From NCBI GenBank assembly GCA_017548565.1, contig JAFYZU010000010.1, positions 80,965-144,964 of the forward strand: 64,000 nt of DNA. Direction: 5' to 3'. Of the stretch, positions 8,720 to 18,854 are shown piece by piece. The stretch is from Treponema sp. Lineage in GTDB: Bacteria > Spirochaetota > Spirochaetia > Treponematales > Treponemataceae. The first letter of the stretch is position 1. The number at the start of each line of letters is the position of its first letter. The position numbers and the translations under genes are program-made. The notes beneath the pieces are model-generated. The model made no database searches, was not told the origin of the DNA, and was given only the letters and a program-made list of their open reading frames with translations.

Positions 8720-9835
8720 ATGAAAAAAATTATTTCTACTATTTTATTATCCGTAGCCGCAATGACATTTGTTTTTGCAGCAGATGATGACAACTGGTTT
8801 ATGGCGCAGACAAAAACTGCTCCGGTAGCTTCAATCAACTCTACATCTGAGCTTGTAGAAGCACAGTATGACGGAAAATATCTTTACCCGCCAATCAATA
8901 TTCTTGACGGTGATACTACTACAACATGGTGTGAAGATGAAAAGAATGGTCCTGGAATCGGAGAATCAATCACTATTGAATTCAGTATTCCTGTAAGTTT
9001 TGATGAAATTCAGTTCATCAATGGATTTGCTACTAAGGATTATTACCTTAAAAATAACCGTGTAAAAACAATTCAGATTACACAGGTTGCAAAAAAGCAT
9101 TTCCAGCAGAAAAGCTATGTACTTAGAGACAACTGCGAAACATATCAGTCAATCAAATTCCCTTTAACTCAGACTGCACAGACAATCACCCTCAAGATTA
9201 TGGATGTTTATAAAGGAAATAAATATGATGATACCTGTCTTGATGAATTCAGAATTCTTTACAAAGGAAAGGTTATTCCTTTTACTGGCGTTAAAGAGTT
9301 AAAAGAAGTTCAGACAGAAAATTCAAAACAGATGCTTAAGACAAGTTCAAAAGACTTCAAAAAGGATTTTGCAAAATTATTCACTAACGTACCAAATAGT
9401 GAATATGGTTATAAAGAGCTTCTTCTTATAGCAGACAATAAAAAAGACGGTATTTACTTAAAAGGTCAGATTAATAATGGTGAATTAAATCTCTTCTTTT
9501 TCCAGAACGGAAGTGTTGCTAAAAAACCTGCAAAATTCTCTGATCTCTATAAATTAAATTCAAGCATGGAATATGCAGGTCCTGAAGAGAATGTTTTCAA
9601 AGCATCAACTACTGATAAAGTATTCTACTTCACTTATGAATCAAACTGGTATATCAATGTTCAGTATAAGCTTGGTAATTACAGAATTACAACAGAAAGA
9701 ACAGTATCTTATGTAACAACAGAAACAACAACAATCATCAAGCTCGACGGAAACAGTGTATATATTAACGGTGTACATTATACTGTCGCAAATCCAAATG
9801 ATTATCTGATTGTAGAATTTGACACTGGAATGTAA
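8720..9835 (+). CDS. Secreted protein with a discoidin-like (NADase-type glycan-binding) N-terminal domain
   Basis: Signal peptide MKKIISTILLSVAAMTFVFA; NILDGDTTTTWCE, GIGESITIEF, INGF, KNNRVK and DDTCLDE pattern. Start moved to 8720 because of the SD. Confidence 0.7.
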   Translation: MKKIISTILLSVAAMTFVFAADDDNWFMAQTKTAPVASINSTSELVEAQYDGKYLYPPINILDGDTTTTWCEDEKNGPGIGESITIEFSIPVSFDEIQFINGFATKDYYLKNNRVKTIQITQVAKKHFQQKSYVLRDNCETYQSIKFPLTQTAQTITLKIMDVYKGNKYDDTCLDEFRILYKGKVIPFTGVKELKEVQTENSKQMLKTSSKDFKKDFAKLFTNVPNSEYGYKELLLIADNKKDGIYLKGQINNGELNLFFFQNGSVAKKPAKFSDLYKLNSSMEYAGPEENVFKASTTDKVFYFTYESNWYINVQYKLGNYRITTERTVSYVTTETTTIIKLDGNSVYINGVHYTVANPNDYLIVEFDTGM

Positions 9836-9838
9836 TGA

Positions 9839-10708
9839 ATGTATAAATTCGTTCCGCAAAAAAAACGCAGTCAATTCAGAATAAGGCTTGGCTGCGTTTT
9901 TTATACCCTTAAAAGATATCTTTACTGGTTAAAAAACAATTCAAAATTTGCTTCAATACCTGAAAAATATAAAAAATCAGATAATGAACAGTTAAAAAAA
10001 GATTATCCTGAGATTGTTTTTTACCATTCATCGCCTCTTTACAGGAATCTTTCAAAAGAAGATACAAAGCTTCAGAATGCAAAGGTTAATAACCTTCTTA
10101 TTGCAATTAAAAAAATCAATAAAACCGTCATAAAACCATCACAACTTTTTTCCTACTGGAAATTAATCGGTAATCCTTTAAAAATCAAGGGATATAAAAA
10201 AGGAATGATGCTCGTTAACGGAAGACCAAAGGCGGCAACTGGAGGCGGTTTGTGCGCACTTTCGAACCTTTTATACTGGATTTTCCTTCATTCAAGGCTT
10301 GTTGTAAAAGAAAGATGGCGCCACAGTTATGATGTTTTTCCGGATTCAAACAGAACCTTACCTTTCGGAAGCGGCGCAACCTGTGTCTATAACTTTCGCG
10401 ATCTTATTATCCTGAACGAAACAGAAGATGATTATGCACTTTTAGTAACGATTGAAAATAACCGGTTATGCGGTGAATTACGGGCAAAACAAAATCATAA
10501 TGAGGTTTACGAAGTATATCAGAAGGAGCATCACATTACACAGGAAGGAAGCGGAATTTTTGTCAGACATAATACTATTTACCGCAAAAAATATGAATCA
10601 GAAAATCAAAAAGAGCCTTCAGAAGACATTTATATTACCGAAAATCACGCTTTGATGATGTACAATCCGTTGATAAGTGAAAACAAGGAGACAAAAAGTG
10701 ACAGATAA
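9839..10708 (+). CDS. VanW family protein
   Basis: FSYWKLIG, GGGLCALSNLLY, ERWRHSYD and GATCVYNFRDL resemble the VanW domain. Confidence 0.82.
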   Translation: MYKFVPQKKRSQFRIRLGCVFYTLKRYLYWLKNNSKFASIPEKYKKSDNEQLKKDYPEIVFYHSSPLYRNLSKEDTKLQNAKVNNLLIAIKKINKTVIKPSQLFSYWKLIGNPLKIKGYKKGMMLVNGRPKAATGGGLCALSNLLYWIFLHSRLVVKERWRHSYDVFPDSNRTLPFGSGATCVYNFRDLIILNETEDDYALLVTIENNRLCGELRAKQNHNEVYEVYQKEHHITQEGSGIFVRHNTIYRKKYESENQKEPSEDIYITENHALMMYNPLISENKETKSDR

Positions 10709-12164
10709 ACAAAAAGTGTATAAAATAATAAACATATTAATAATAATTCTTACAATAATCACTATTTTTTTACTTCGTTTTTTAATTCTTTTTAAAACTT
10801 CACATCCTACCGGCCTGGACGGATACTATTATGCGCTTCAGGCAAAATCTTTTGCACTGACAGGAAAACTTGAAAATCCGGATTACGAAGCAGGATATTA
10901 CATCTGTGGTATTTTTGCACTGATATTTAAAAATGCGATACTAGGATGTAAAATCTGGGCAGCCTTATCTTCAACATTAATCAGTGTATCAATTTTTATA
11001 CTAGTTAAGACAATTTCCAGGAATAATAAAGCTGCATTTTTCGCATTAGTTTTAAGTGTACTCTCTCCTTCACTCACAGTTTTTGAAATAAATTACATCA
11101 ATAATCAGACAGGGCTCATGTTTTTCTTTTTTTACGCTGCCTGTTTCTTTACCCTTGTATTTAATTTTAAAAATCTTAGTAAAAAACAACGCATACTTAT
11201 TATAATTTTATGCCCTGTTCTTTTTATCCTTTCATGTATGTCACACCTTGTATCTACCGCTTACTGCTTTATATTTACAATCATTATTCTTGCACAAAAG
11301 CTTTCGGCTAAAAAACAGCTTGTTTTAGTCTGCACAGGAATAGCCGCATTCATTCTTTTATTTATATCACAGATTGGACGTTTCAAATCAGTTTTTTCAT
11401 TAACACCTGTTTTACCGGTATTTTCAAATTATTTCAGGACGAAACTTGGATTTTCTGTATGTCTTGAAATGACACTTTATTTTATTCTCTCTTATGCGCT
11501 TTCAATAATTCTCTTGATAAAAACAAGAAAATTCAATCTTCTTCTGCTGCTTCCGCTTATTCTGTTTTTCCCTTTCTGGAAGCTTGATTCTCTTGACATG
11601 GGCTACAGAATGCTGTTAAATGCAGTACCATGCGGAATCTGTTTTACTATAATAATGCTTTCAAAATCATTCCCTCAGATTACAAAAATCAAACCATTAT
11701 TTTTTTCAATATTCTGTATTGTATTAATACCTCTTTTTTTTCTAACATCAAAAATCTATAATCCCAAAAAAGATCCTCCGTATGAATATTACAAACAGAT
11801 AGTACAGAATGTCCATTTGCCAAAGGATTCTCTTCTTATTGCACATCTTGGATTAAATCACTGCTATACCTATTACATGGGTTTAAAAGACTGTCTGAAC
11901 TATTACTGCGATTATGAAGTTCCGGGGAATGAAGTCTGGCGTCTAGCTTATGGAGTTAATGCAGATTATTTAAAACAATTTTTCGGTGAATACAGCGATG
12001 AAGAGCTGGATAAACTGATTGTACAGATTGACCATAATTATGTGCTGATAAAAGAGGATTTATGGCTCCGTTATCTTTCTTATGAAGATGATGAAATTGT
12101 TGAAGCATTGCAGAACTGGTATAATCCGCATGAATACAGACCATCGTTCATAAGAAAAAAATAA
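10698..12164 (+). CDS. Polytopic membrane protein, GT-C-fold glycosyltransferase-like
   Basis: About ten or more hydrophobic segments; first loop HPTGLDGYYYALQA carries an acidic residue; soluble C-terminal tail. The GTG at 10698 follows SD GGAG. Confidence 0.6.
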   Translation: MTDKQKVYKIINILIIILTIITIFLLRFLILFKTSHPTGLDGYYYALQAKSFALTGKLENPDYEAGYYICGIFALIFKNAILGCKIWAALSSTLISVSIFILVKTISRNNKAAFFALVLSVLSPSLTVFEINYINNQTGLMFFFFYAACFFTLVFNFKNLSKKQRILIIILCPVLFILSCMSHLVSTAYCFIFTIIILAQKLSAKKQLVLVCTGIAAFILLFISQIGRFKSVFSLTPVLPVFSNYFRTKLGFSVCLEMTLYFILSYALSIILLIKTRKFNLLLLLPLILFFPFWKLDSLDMGYRMLLNAVPCGICFTIIMLSKSFPQITKIKPLFFSIFCIVLIPLFFLTSKIYNPKKDPPYEYYKQIVQNVHLPKDSLLIAHLGLNHCYTYYMGLKDCLNYYCDYEVPGNEVWRLAYGVNADYLKQFFGEYSDEELDKLIVQIDHNYVLIKEDLWLRYLSYEDDEIVEALQNWYNPHEYRPSFIRKK

Positions 12165-13859
12165 CTATTTGATATCCTTACGCATGATTTTACCCGAAAT
12201 TGTTTTGGGAAGACTGTCGCGGAATTCCACTATTCTCGGATATTTATAAGGGGCAGTTGTCTTTTTAACGAAAGACTGGATATCCTTTACAAGCTCATCT
12301 GAAGGTGAATAATTTTTGGCAAGAACAATAGTTGCCTTTACAACCTGCCCACGAACAGGATCAGGAGCGGCTGTAACTGCACATTCAACTACTGCAGGAT
12401 GCTGCATCAGAACGGATTCAACTTCGAAAGTACCGATTCTATAACCGGAACATTTAATTACATCATCATTGCGGCCGGTAAACCAGAAATAACCTTCTTC
12501 ATCTCTCCAAGCATTATCACTTGTATGGTAATAACCGTCATGCATTACAGATTTTGTCTTGGCTTCATCTGCAAAATATGACATAAAAAGCCCAGGGAAA
12601 TTACCGTTGCTCATATCTACAACTATCTCACCTACTTCACCATCCTGAACTTCATTCCCCTCTTCATTGAGTAATGTAACGTTATAATAAGGTGAAGGTT
12701 TACCAAGAGAGCCCGGCTTGATTTTTTCATTACCGTAGTTAAAAAGCGAAAGTGTTGTTTCTGTCTGACCAAAGCCTTCACGGATTTCTTTACCGGAAAT
12801 CTCTTTCCATTTATTGAAAACTTCTTCAGAAAGCGGTTCACCGGCAGTTGACCAGTGTTCACATGATGAAAAATCATATTTGCTTAAATCTTCCTGAATC
12901 AAAAATCTGTAGATTGTCGGAGGCGCACAAAAAGATGTTATTTTATGTTTTTCTATCTGCTGAATTAAATCAACAGGCTTGAATTTTGCATGATAGTCAT
13001 AGACAAAAACAGCGCATTCTGCTATCCATTGCCCGTAGAGCTTTCCCCATACTGCCTTTCCCCAGCCTGTATCTGCTACCGTAAGATGAAGTCCGCCTTT
13101 CTTTACCTGCTGCCAGTAGCTTGCAGTAACAATATGTCCGAGAGGATAAAGAAAATTATGAATTACAAGCTTAGGATGACTTGTAGTACCGGATGTAAAA
13201 TAAGCAAGCGATATATCATCGTTTTTACTTATATCATTTCTTGAAAGCTTATAAAAGGCCTCAAGCTGTTCATTCGAAACGTTTTTCATTCCTCTGGTTA
13301 AATCAATCCATTGAGAATGTTCTGCCTGTTCTTTTTCATCAAGACCTTTATCAATTCCAAACGGAGCGCAGGCAATGAGTGTTTTTAATGATTCACATTC
13401 TTTTTTTGCTTCTTCAATATATTTAAAAAGCTCCCTGTCATCAACTGCTACAATGGCTTTTATGAAGGCATTCTGACAGCGGAAAACAATATCTTCTTTT
13501 GTAAGCATGTGAGTTGCAGGAATAACTGCCGCACCGATTTTATGAAGTGCAATAATACTTATCCAGAATTCATAGCGTCTTTGAAGAATAAGCATTACAA
13601 AATCACCGCGCTTAATTCCCTGAGAAAGAAAAAATGCTGCAGCCCTGTCTGAACGTTCCTTTACATCCTTAAAGGTTAAAGTCAGCTCTTCATCATTATC
13701 ATTGCACCACACTAATGCCTTAGCATCAGGAGATTTTTCGGCAAGATAATCTACAACATCGTACCCGAAATTAAAATTCTGAGGTACCTTTATTTTATAA
13801 TTCTTAAAAAAATCATCATAATTCAAGAATTCAGTTTTTTCCAGAAATTGTTCAAGCAT
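12165..13859 (-). CDS. Short/medium-chain acyl-CoA synthetase (AMP-binding enzyme)
   Basis: YFTSGTTSHPK, GFGQTET, GRNDDVIK and PKTISGK. Confidence 0.92.
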   Translation of the reverse strand: MLEQFLEKTEFLNYDDFFKNYKIKVPQNFNFGYDVVDYLAEKSPDAKALVWCNDNDEELTLTFKDVKERSDRAAAFFLSQGIKRGDFVMLILQRRYEFWISIIALHKIGAAVIPATHMLTKEDIVFRCQNAFIKAIVAVDDRELFKYIEEAKKECESLKTLIACAPFGIDKGLDEKEQAEHSQWIDLTRGMKNVSNEQLEAFYKLSRNDISKNDDISLAYFTSGTTSHPKLVIHNFLYPLGHIVTASYWQQVKKGGLHLTVADTGWGKAVWGKLYGQWIAECAVFVYDYHAKFKPVDLIQQIEKHKITSFCAPPTIYRFLIQEDLSKYDFSSCEHWSTAGEPLSEEVFNKWKEISGKEIREGFGQTETTLSLFNYGNEKIKPGSLGKPSPYYNVTLLNEEGNEVQDGEVGEIVVDMSNGNFPGLFMSYFADEAKTKSVMHDGYYHTSDNAWRDEEGYFWFTGRNDDVIKCSGYRIGTFEVESVLMQHPAVVECAVTAAPDPVRGQVVKATIVLAKNYSPSDELVKDIQSFVKKTTAPYKYPRIVEFRDSLPKTISGKIMRKDIK

Positions 13860-13880
13860 ATATTCACATCCCGTATATTT

Positions 13881-14429
13881 TTATATTATCAGATCAAGAA
13901 ATTTTGCTTCTTTTTCAATAGCAACCATTGCATGCTTTTTAGTTGCATCAAAATAAACACTGTCACCTTCTTCAACTTTCATCGTTTTATCATCAACAGT
14001 AAGCTCCATTTTACCGCTGATCATGTAAACGAATTCATGTCCAGGATGAGAGTTATAATGAGGTTCTGCTTTTTCGCTGAAAGGAACAGTAACGATAAAA
14101 GGGTCAGATTTTCTGTTAATAAAACCGCTTGCAAGAGCTTCATATTTATAGTCACTTCGTCGTTCAACAGAAAGTCCCTTACCTTTTTTAGTAAGACAAT
14201 ATGAATGCATGTGAGGTTCTTTACCAGAAATTAAGGTTCCAAGATCGATGTTATATTTTTTAGACATCGACTGTAAAACTCCAACCGGAATATCAATCAT
14301 TCCGGATTCATATTTTTTATATAATTCCAGAGATACTCCGCAGACATCAGCTGCTTCCTGTTCAGAAACATCCATAATGTCACGTAAACCGATTAAACGA
14401 TCAGCAATTGCCTTAATTTCTTCATTCAT
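13881..14429 (-). CDS. XRE-family HTH plus cupin transcriptional regulator
   Basis: N-terminal HTH (LIGLRDIMDVSEQEAADVCG...YESG); C-terminal HPGHEFVYMISG cupin. Confidence 0.9.
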   Translation of the reverse strand: MNEEIKAIADRLIGLRDIMDVSEQEAADVCGVSLELYKKYESGMIDIPVGVLQSMSKKYNIDLGTLISGKEPHMHSYCLTKKGKGLSVERRSDYKYEALASGFINRKSDPFIVTVPFSEKAEPHYNSHPGHEFVYMISGKMELTVDDKTMKVEEGDSVYFDATKKHAMVAIEKEAKFLDLII

Positions 14430-14458
14430 ATTGAACCTCCTTAAAGTTATAAAAGGGA

Positions 14459-16105
14459 TTAATCATCAATTTTCAATGTTTCACGACGATATTTAGTTCC
14501 AATTTCTGTTAATTTAAATTTCTGTATTTTACCGCTTCCTGTCATTGGAAATTCCTTCATGAACATTACAAGCTGCGGCCATTTGAATTTTGCAAGCTTT
14601 CCACGGCAATATTCAATTACATCTTCTTCTGTAAGTGTTTTTCCTTCGTGAAGGATAATAAAGGCACCTGTAATTTCTCCATAACGTTCAGATTTGACAC
14701 CTGCAACCTGAATATCCTTTATTTCAGGAATATGAATGAGGAATTCTTCTATTTCACGAGGATAAATATTTTCACCACCGCGAATAATCATGTCTTTTAT
14801 TCTTCCTGTAATCCTGAAATTTCCGTTTTCATCCTTTACGCCAAGATCACCTGAATGAAGGAAACCGTTTTTATCAATTGTTTCTGCTGTAGCTTCAGGC
14901 ATTTTGTAATAACCTTTCATTACGTTCCAGCCTTTACAGCACATCTCTCCCTGAACTCCGACAGGACATTCTTTCCCTGTTTCAGGATCCAGAACCTTTA
15001 CTTCAATTCCTTCAAATGCATCACCGACAGTAGTTGCTTTTACTTCAACAGAATCATCCCAGTGACTTTGTGTCATTCCTGGACTTGATTCAGTCAATCC
15101 GTAAACAGATGTAATTTCAGGCATATGCATTTTATCCATTACAGTTTTCATAAGTTCGACCGGAACACCGGAACCTGCCATAATACCGGTCCTTAAAGAT
15201 GACATATCGAACATATTAAACATTGGATGATTCAATTCTGAAATGAACATCGTCGGTACACCGTAAATTGCAGTACATTTTTCTTTCTGAATAGATGCAA
15301 GGGCAACAAGAGGATCAAAGCTTTCAAGAAGAACATGAGTTGCTCCATGAGTAAGGACTGCCATTACACCAAGAACAATACCAAAGCAATGAAACAGAGG
15401 AACCGGAAGACATACCCTTTCTTTTTCGGTATAGCGCATTCGTTCGCCGATAATAAATCCGTCATTTATAATATTATGACTCGAAAGCATTACACCTTTA
15501 GGAAAGCCTGTCGTTCCTGATGTATACTGCATATTAACTACATCATGCTGATTAATTTCATTTTCAATTTTATGAATGATTTCAATATCAATGTGCTGAC
15601 CTAAAAGAAGAAGCTCAGGTGTTGAATAAAGACCTCTAAATTTTTCAGGTCCCATAAAAACTACATTACGAAGGCATGGAAAACGTTTAGATTTAAGGCA
15701 GCCTCTTTCATATTCATCAAGCTCAGGAACAAGTTCTTTTATCATCTGAACATAATTTGAATCTTTAACACCATCAGTAAGACAGAGAGTCGTAAGGTCT
15801 GCCTGTTTAACAAGATACTCAAGCTCATGAGATTTATAGGAAGTATTTACAGTAACTGCAACTGCTCCTAGTCTTGCACAGGCAAACATATAAGTAAGCC
15901 AGTCAGGAACATTTGTTGCCCAGATTCCGACATTATCGCCTTTACGCACTCCAATTGCATATAAACCGCATGCAAGATGATCTACACGATTATCAAACTG
16001 TGCATAAGTAAAACGAAGATCGCGATCGGCATAAACCATAAATTCCTGTTCAGGATTCTGCAAAGTTTTTTCTCTTAATAATTTTGATAATGTTAATTCA
16101 ATCAT
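14459..16105 (-). CDS. Acyl-CoA synthetase (AMP-binding enzyme, ACSF2-like)
   Basis: [41 protein letters not shown] and TGSGKIQK. Confidence 0.93.
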   Translation of the reverse strand: MIELTLSKLLREKTLQNPEQEFMVYADRDLRFTYAQFDNRVDHLACGLYAIGVRKGDNVGIWATNVPDWLTYMFACARLGAVAVTVNTSYKSHELEYLVKQADLTTLCLTDGVKDSNYVQMIKELVPELDEYERGCLKSKRFPCLRNVVFMGPEKFRGLYSTPELLLLGQHIDIEIIHKIENEINQHDVVNMQYTSGTTGFPKGVMLSSHNIINDGFIIGERMRYTEKERVCLPVPLFHCFGIVLGVMAVLTHGATHVLLESFDPLVALASIQKEKCTAIYGVPTMFISELNHPMFNMFDMSSLRTGIMAGSGVPVELMKTVMDKMHMPEITSVYGLTESSPGMTQSHWDDSVEVKATTVGDAFEGIEVKVLDPETGKECPVGVQGEMCCKGWNVMKGYYKMPEATAETIDKNGFLHSGDLGVKDENGNFRITGRIKDMIIRGGENIYPREIEEFLIHIPEIKDIQVAGVKSERYGEITGAFIILHEGKTLTEEDVIEYCRGKLAKFKWPQLVMFMKEFPMTGSGKIQKFKLTEIGTKYRRETLKIDD

Positions 16106-16111
16106 ATTGAA

Positions 16112-16140
16112 ATTATATATAAAAAAAAGAGAAAATTCAA
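16112..16140 (-). promoter_or_regulatory. Sigma70-type promoter of the acyl-CoA ligase operon, leaderless geometry
   Basis: TTGAAT (16140-16135), 17 nt, TATAAT (16117-16112), 6 nt, ATG; no SD. Confidence 0.7.
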
Positions 16141-16178
16141 TAAAAAAGTTTAAATATATTAAAGAAATTCAGTATAAA

Positions 16179-16589
16179 TTAAGTATTTTCACGCCATTTC
16201 TTGTATTTTTCAAGATCATATTTAACGCATTTTAGACAGATGGAAAGAATTCCCGCATCATCAAGATAACCTGCAAAAGGAATGAAATCAGGAATAACAT
16301 CGAACGGTGAAAGTACATAAAGAAGTGTTCCGATAATTGCGATTATTGTCCCGGCAGGAATATTCGTATATCTTTTCTTAAAATAATCCTTGAGCATCTG
16401 AAAAAACAACTGGACTTCATCGAGGAAGCCTTTTAAAAACCTGTTTTCCATTTTGCCTTTTATCGTATGTTCGTTTTTGAATACCTTTGAAATGTCTTTT
16501 TTCGAATATTTTTTCTGTGAAAAAGAATCGAATGTTTCGTTTACTTTTTGCTGCTGCTGTTCAGTAAGTTTTTTCTGTTTTCCAAACAT
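16179..16589 (-). CDS. YkvA/DUF1232 family membrane protein
   Basis: LLYVLSPFDVIPDFIPFAGYLDD. Confidence 0.9.
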   Translation of the reverse strand: MFGKQKKLTEQQQQKVNETFDSFSQKKYSKKDISKVFKNEHTIKGKMENRFLKGFLDEVQLFFQMLKDYFKKRYTNIPAGTIIAIIGTLLYVLSPFDVIPDFIPFAGYLDDAGILSICLKCVKYDLEKYKKWRENT

Positions 16590-16606
16590 AATATCCCCCT
16601 TTTGAT

Positions 16607-17536
16607 TTAATTGCTGTCAATTAATTTAAATGCTTCATCTATTCTTAAACCTTTATCTTTTGTTTTAGTTACCCAGTTTATCAGTACACCTTTTTTTTCC
16701 ATCATCCTGAACCAGGTTTCCTGTCTTTTTGCAAACTGTCTGATTGCTATAAACAGTTTTTCAGTAAATTCTTCTTTAGATTCATATTTTCCCTGAAGAT
16801 ACTCAGAGCAGTACCTGTATTCTAGCCCTAGCTTTTCCAGACGTTCCCATGATATTCCATCTTTATGAAGGTTTTCAACCTCTTCAAGCATTCCGCCGTC
16901 AATCCTCTGTTTAAGACGCATAAGAATATTATCCCAAAGATCTTTTCTTTCAAGAGTTATTCCTATAATCAATGGTTTTATTTCAGGACGATTAATAGAA
17001 GTTGTATCAAAGCCCTGCTTTTTTGCTTCAATTATTTCAAGCGCCTTGATTACCCTTTCCTTTTCAAGAAGATCATTTTTTGTATGCAAGTCCGGCTGTT
17101 CCTTCATAAGACGGGCTGCTAATATTTCAAGAGGAATATTTTCAAGCTCCTGATGAAGTGCTTTGTTTTCCGGAAGATTTACAAGCTGATAGTCCCGGAT
17201 TACAGCATCCAGATACATTCCTGTTCCTCCGACTATGACCGGAAGCTTTCTGCGTGAAATTATATCCTTGAATGCAATATAAAAATCCTGCTGATATTTA
17301 TAAACAGTATATTCATCAGGCAGACTTACAATATCTATAAGATGATAAGGAATTTTTTTCCCGTTTATTTCATAATCCTGTAAATCTTTTCCCGAACCGA
17401 TATCAAGCTTACGGTAAGTTTGCCGTGAATCTGCAGAAATGATTTCTCCATCATATCTTTCGGCAATCGCCACACCGACAGATGTTTTTCCGACAGCGGT
17501 TGGTCCTAAAACAATAACACAGTTATAATTTTTCAT
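16607..17536 (-). CDS. miaA: tRNA dimethylallyltransferase
   Basis: GPTAVGKT, SADSRQ, GGTGMY and FAKRQETW; likely start at MKNYN (17536). Confidence 0.93.
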   Translation of the reverse strand: MKNYNCVIVLGPTAVGKTSVGVAIAERYDGEIISADSRQTYRKLDIGSGKDLQDYEINGKKIPYHLIDIVSLPDEYTVYKYQQDFYIAFKDIISRRKLPVIVGGTGMYLDAVIRDYQLVNLPENKALHQELENIPLEILAARLMKEQPDLHTKNDLLEKERVIKALEIIEAKKQGFDTTSINRPEIKPLIIGITLERKDLWDNILMRLKQRIDGGMLEEVENLHKDGISWERLEKLGLEYRYCSEYLQGKYESKEEFTEKLFIAIRQFAKRQETWFRMMEKKGVLINWVTKTKDKGLRIDEAFKLIDSN

Positions 17537-17537
17537 A

Positions 17538-18845
17538 TCAGTATATTCTGCAGATAACACATTTTAAATATTCAGATTTAGGATATCCGAGTAAAACAGG
17601 ATGATCCGGTCCCGCACCACGTTTTTCCAGAATCTGAACTTTTTTATGAGAATCTATTGCAGCATGCATAAGCATATCAACAAAAAGGTTCGTTTCCATG
17701 AAATATGAACATGAACAGGTAATTAGTATTCCCCCATCATTTAAAAGACGCATTGCACGAAGATTAATTTCTTTATATCCCCCATACGCTTTTTCAATCA
17801 TTTTTGCAGATTTTGTAAATGCAGGCGGATCCAGAATAATAATATCGAATTTTTGATTTTTCTTTTCATATTCCTTGAGTAACTCAAAAACATCCCTGCA
17901 GACAACTGTCATTTTGTCAGAAGCGTTATTAAGCCTGATATTTTCTCCGACCATTTTTACAGCTTCTTCGGAAATATCAACAGAAATTACACTTTTGGCT
18001 CCGTATTTTACTGCATTCAGACCAAAAGCACCTGTATGAGTAAATGTGTCAAGAACTGATTTTCCTTTTACAAAATTTTTTAAAGTCTGACGGTTATATT
18101 TCTGGTCTAAAAAATATCCTGTTTTCTGACCATTGATTATATCAATCTTAAGCTTTATGTCATTTTCAAGAATAATAAAATCATCTTTTTTATAATAATA
18201 ATCTGAAGATTTACCGGCAAGCTTGAATTCATCATCAGATAAATCAAGCCATCCGCTTATGCACTCAAGACCTTCTTTTTCACGTACAGATGAATCGCTT
18301 CGTTCATAGATAAAATCCGGCTTACAGATTTTCACGATTGAACGAAGGATTTCCTTTCTGAAAATATTACAGCTTAAAGAAAGGAATTGAATTACGATAA
18401 AAACTTTATTTTCAATATCACAGAAGCGTTCACATATTAAACCTGGAATTAAATCTGATTCTCCAAAAACGAGACGATATGAATCTTGAGCCTTAAAATA
18501 TAATTGTCTAAGCTTATAAGAGTTCAGGATTTTATTGTACCAGAAGCTTTCAAAATCATTGCTAATCTGATCTGCGTGTTCATCTGATATGATTCTTACG
18601 GATATTTTTGATTTTTTATTTAAAACACCGCATCCTAAAAAACCGCCTGCTTTTGTATAAATTTCAACAATTTCGCCGTCTTTTATTGTACATTTATCGA
18701 AGGTTTCGTTTTTCCATTCCTGTTTTTCGTTTTCTCTATGTTTAAAATGAGATATTTCATTATCAAAAACCCACGGGAATCCCTGTAAAATTTCTTTTTC
18801 TTCGTTCTTATTCAAAAAAACTCTTTTAAAATTTGTTGACCCCAT
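17538..18845 (-). CDS. rlmI: RlmI-type class I SAM-dependent 23S rRNA methyltransferase
   Basis: PUA-like N-terminus (GFPWVF), GQKTGYFLDQ, LDTFTHTGAF, ILDPPAF and TCSCS. Confidence 0.85.
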   Translation of the reverse strand: MGSTNFKRVFLNKNEEKEILQGFPWVFDNEISHFKHRENEKQEWKNETFDKCTIKDGEIVEIYTKAGGFLGCGVLNKKSKISVRIISDEHADQISNDFESFWYNKILNSYKLRQLYFKAQDSYRLVFGESDLIPGLICERFCDIENKVFIVIQFLSLSCNIFRKEILRSIVKICKPDFIYERSDSSVREKEGLECISGWLDLSDDEFKLAGKSSDYYYKKDDFIILENDIKLKIDIINGQKTGYFLDQKYNRQTLKNFVKGKSVLDTFTHTGAFGLNAVKYGAKSVISVDISEEAVKMVGENIRLNNASDKMTVVCRDVFELLKEYEKKNQKFDIIILDPPAFTKSAKMIEKAYGGYKEINLRAMRLLNDGGILITCSCSYFMETNLFVDMLMHAAIDSHKKVQILEKRGAGPDHPVLLGYPKSEYLKCVICRIY

Positions 18846-18854
18846 AAATATATC

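Noticed and set aside
9839-10708. VanW as a vancomycin-resistance determinant
   Set aside because: There are no vanHAX/vanRS genes nearby, and VanW alone has no known resistance function.
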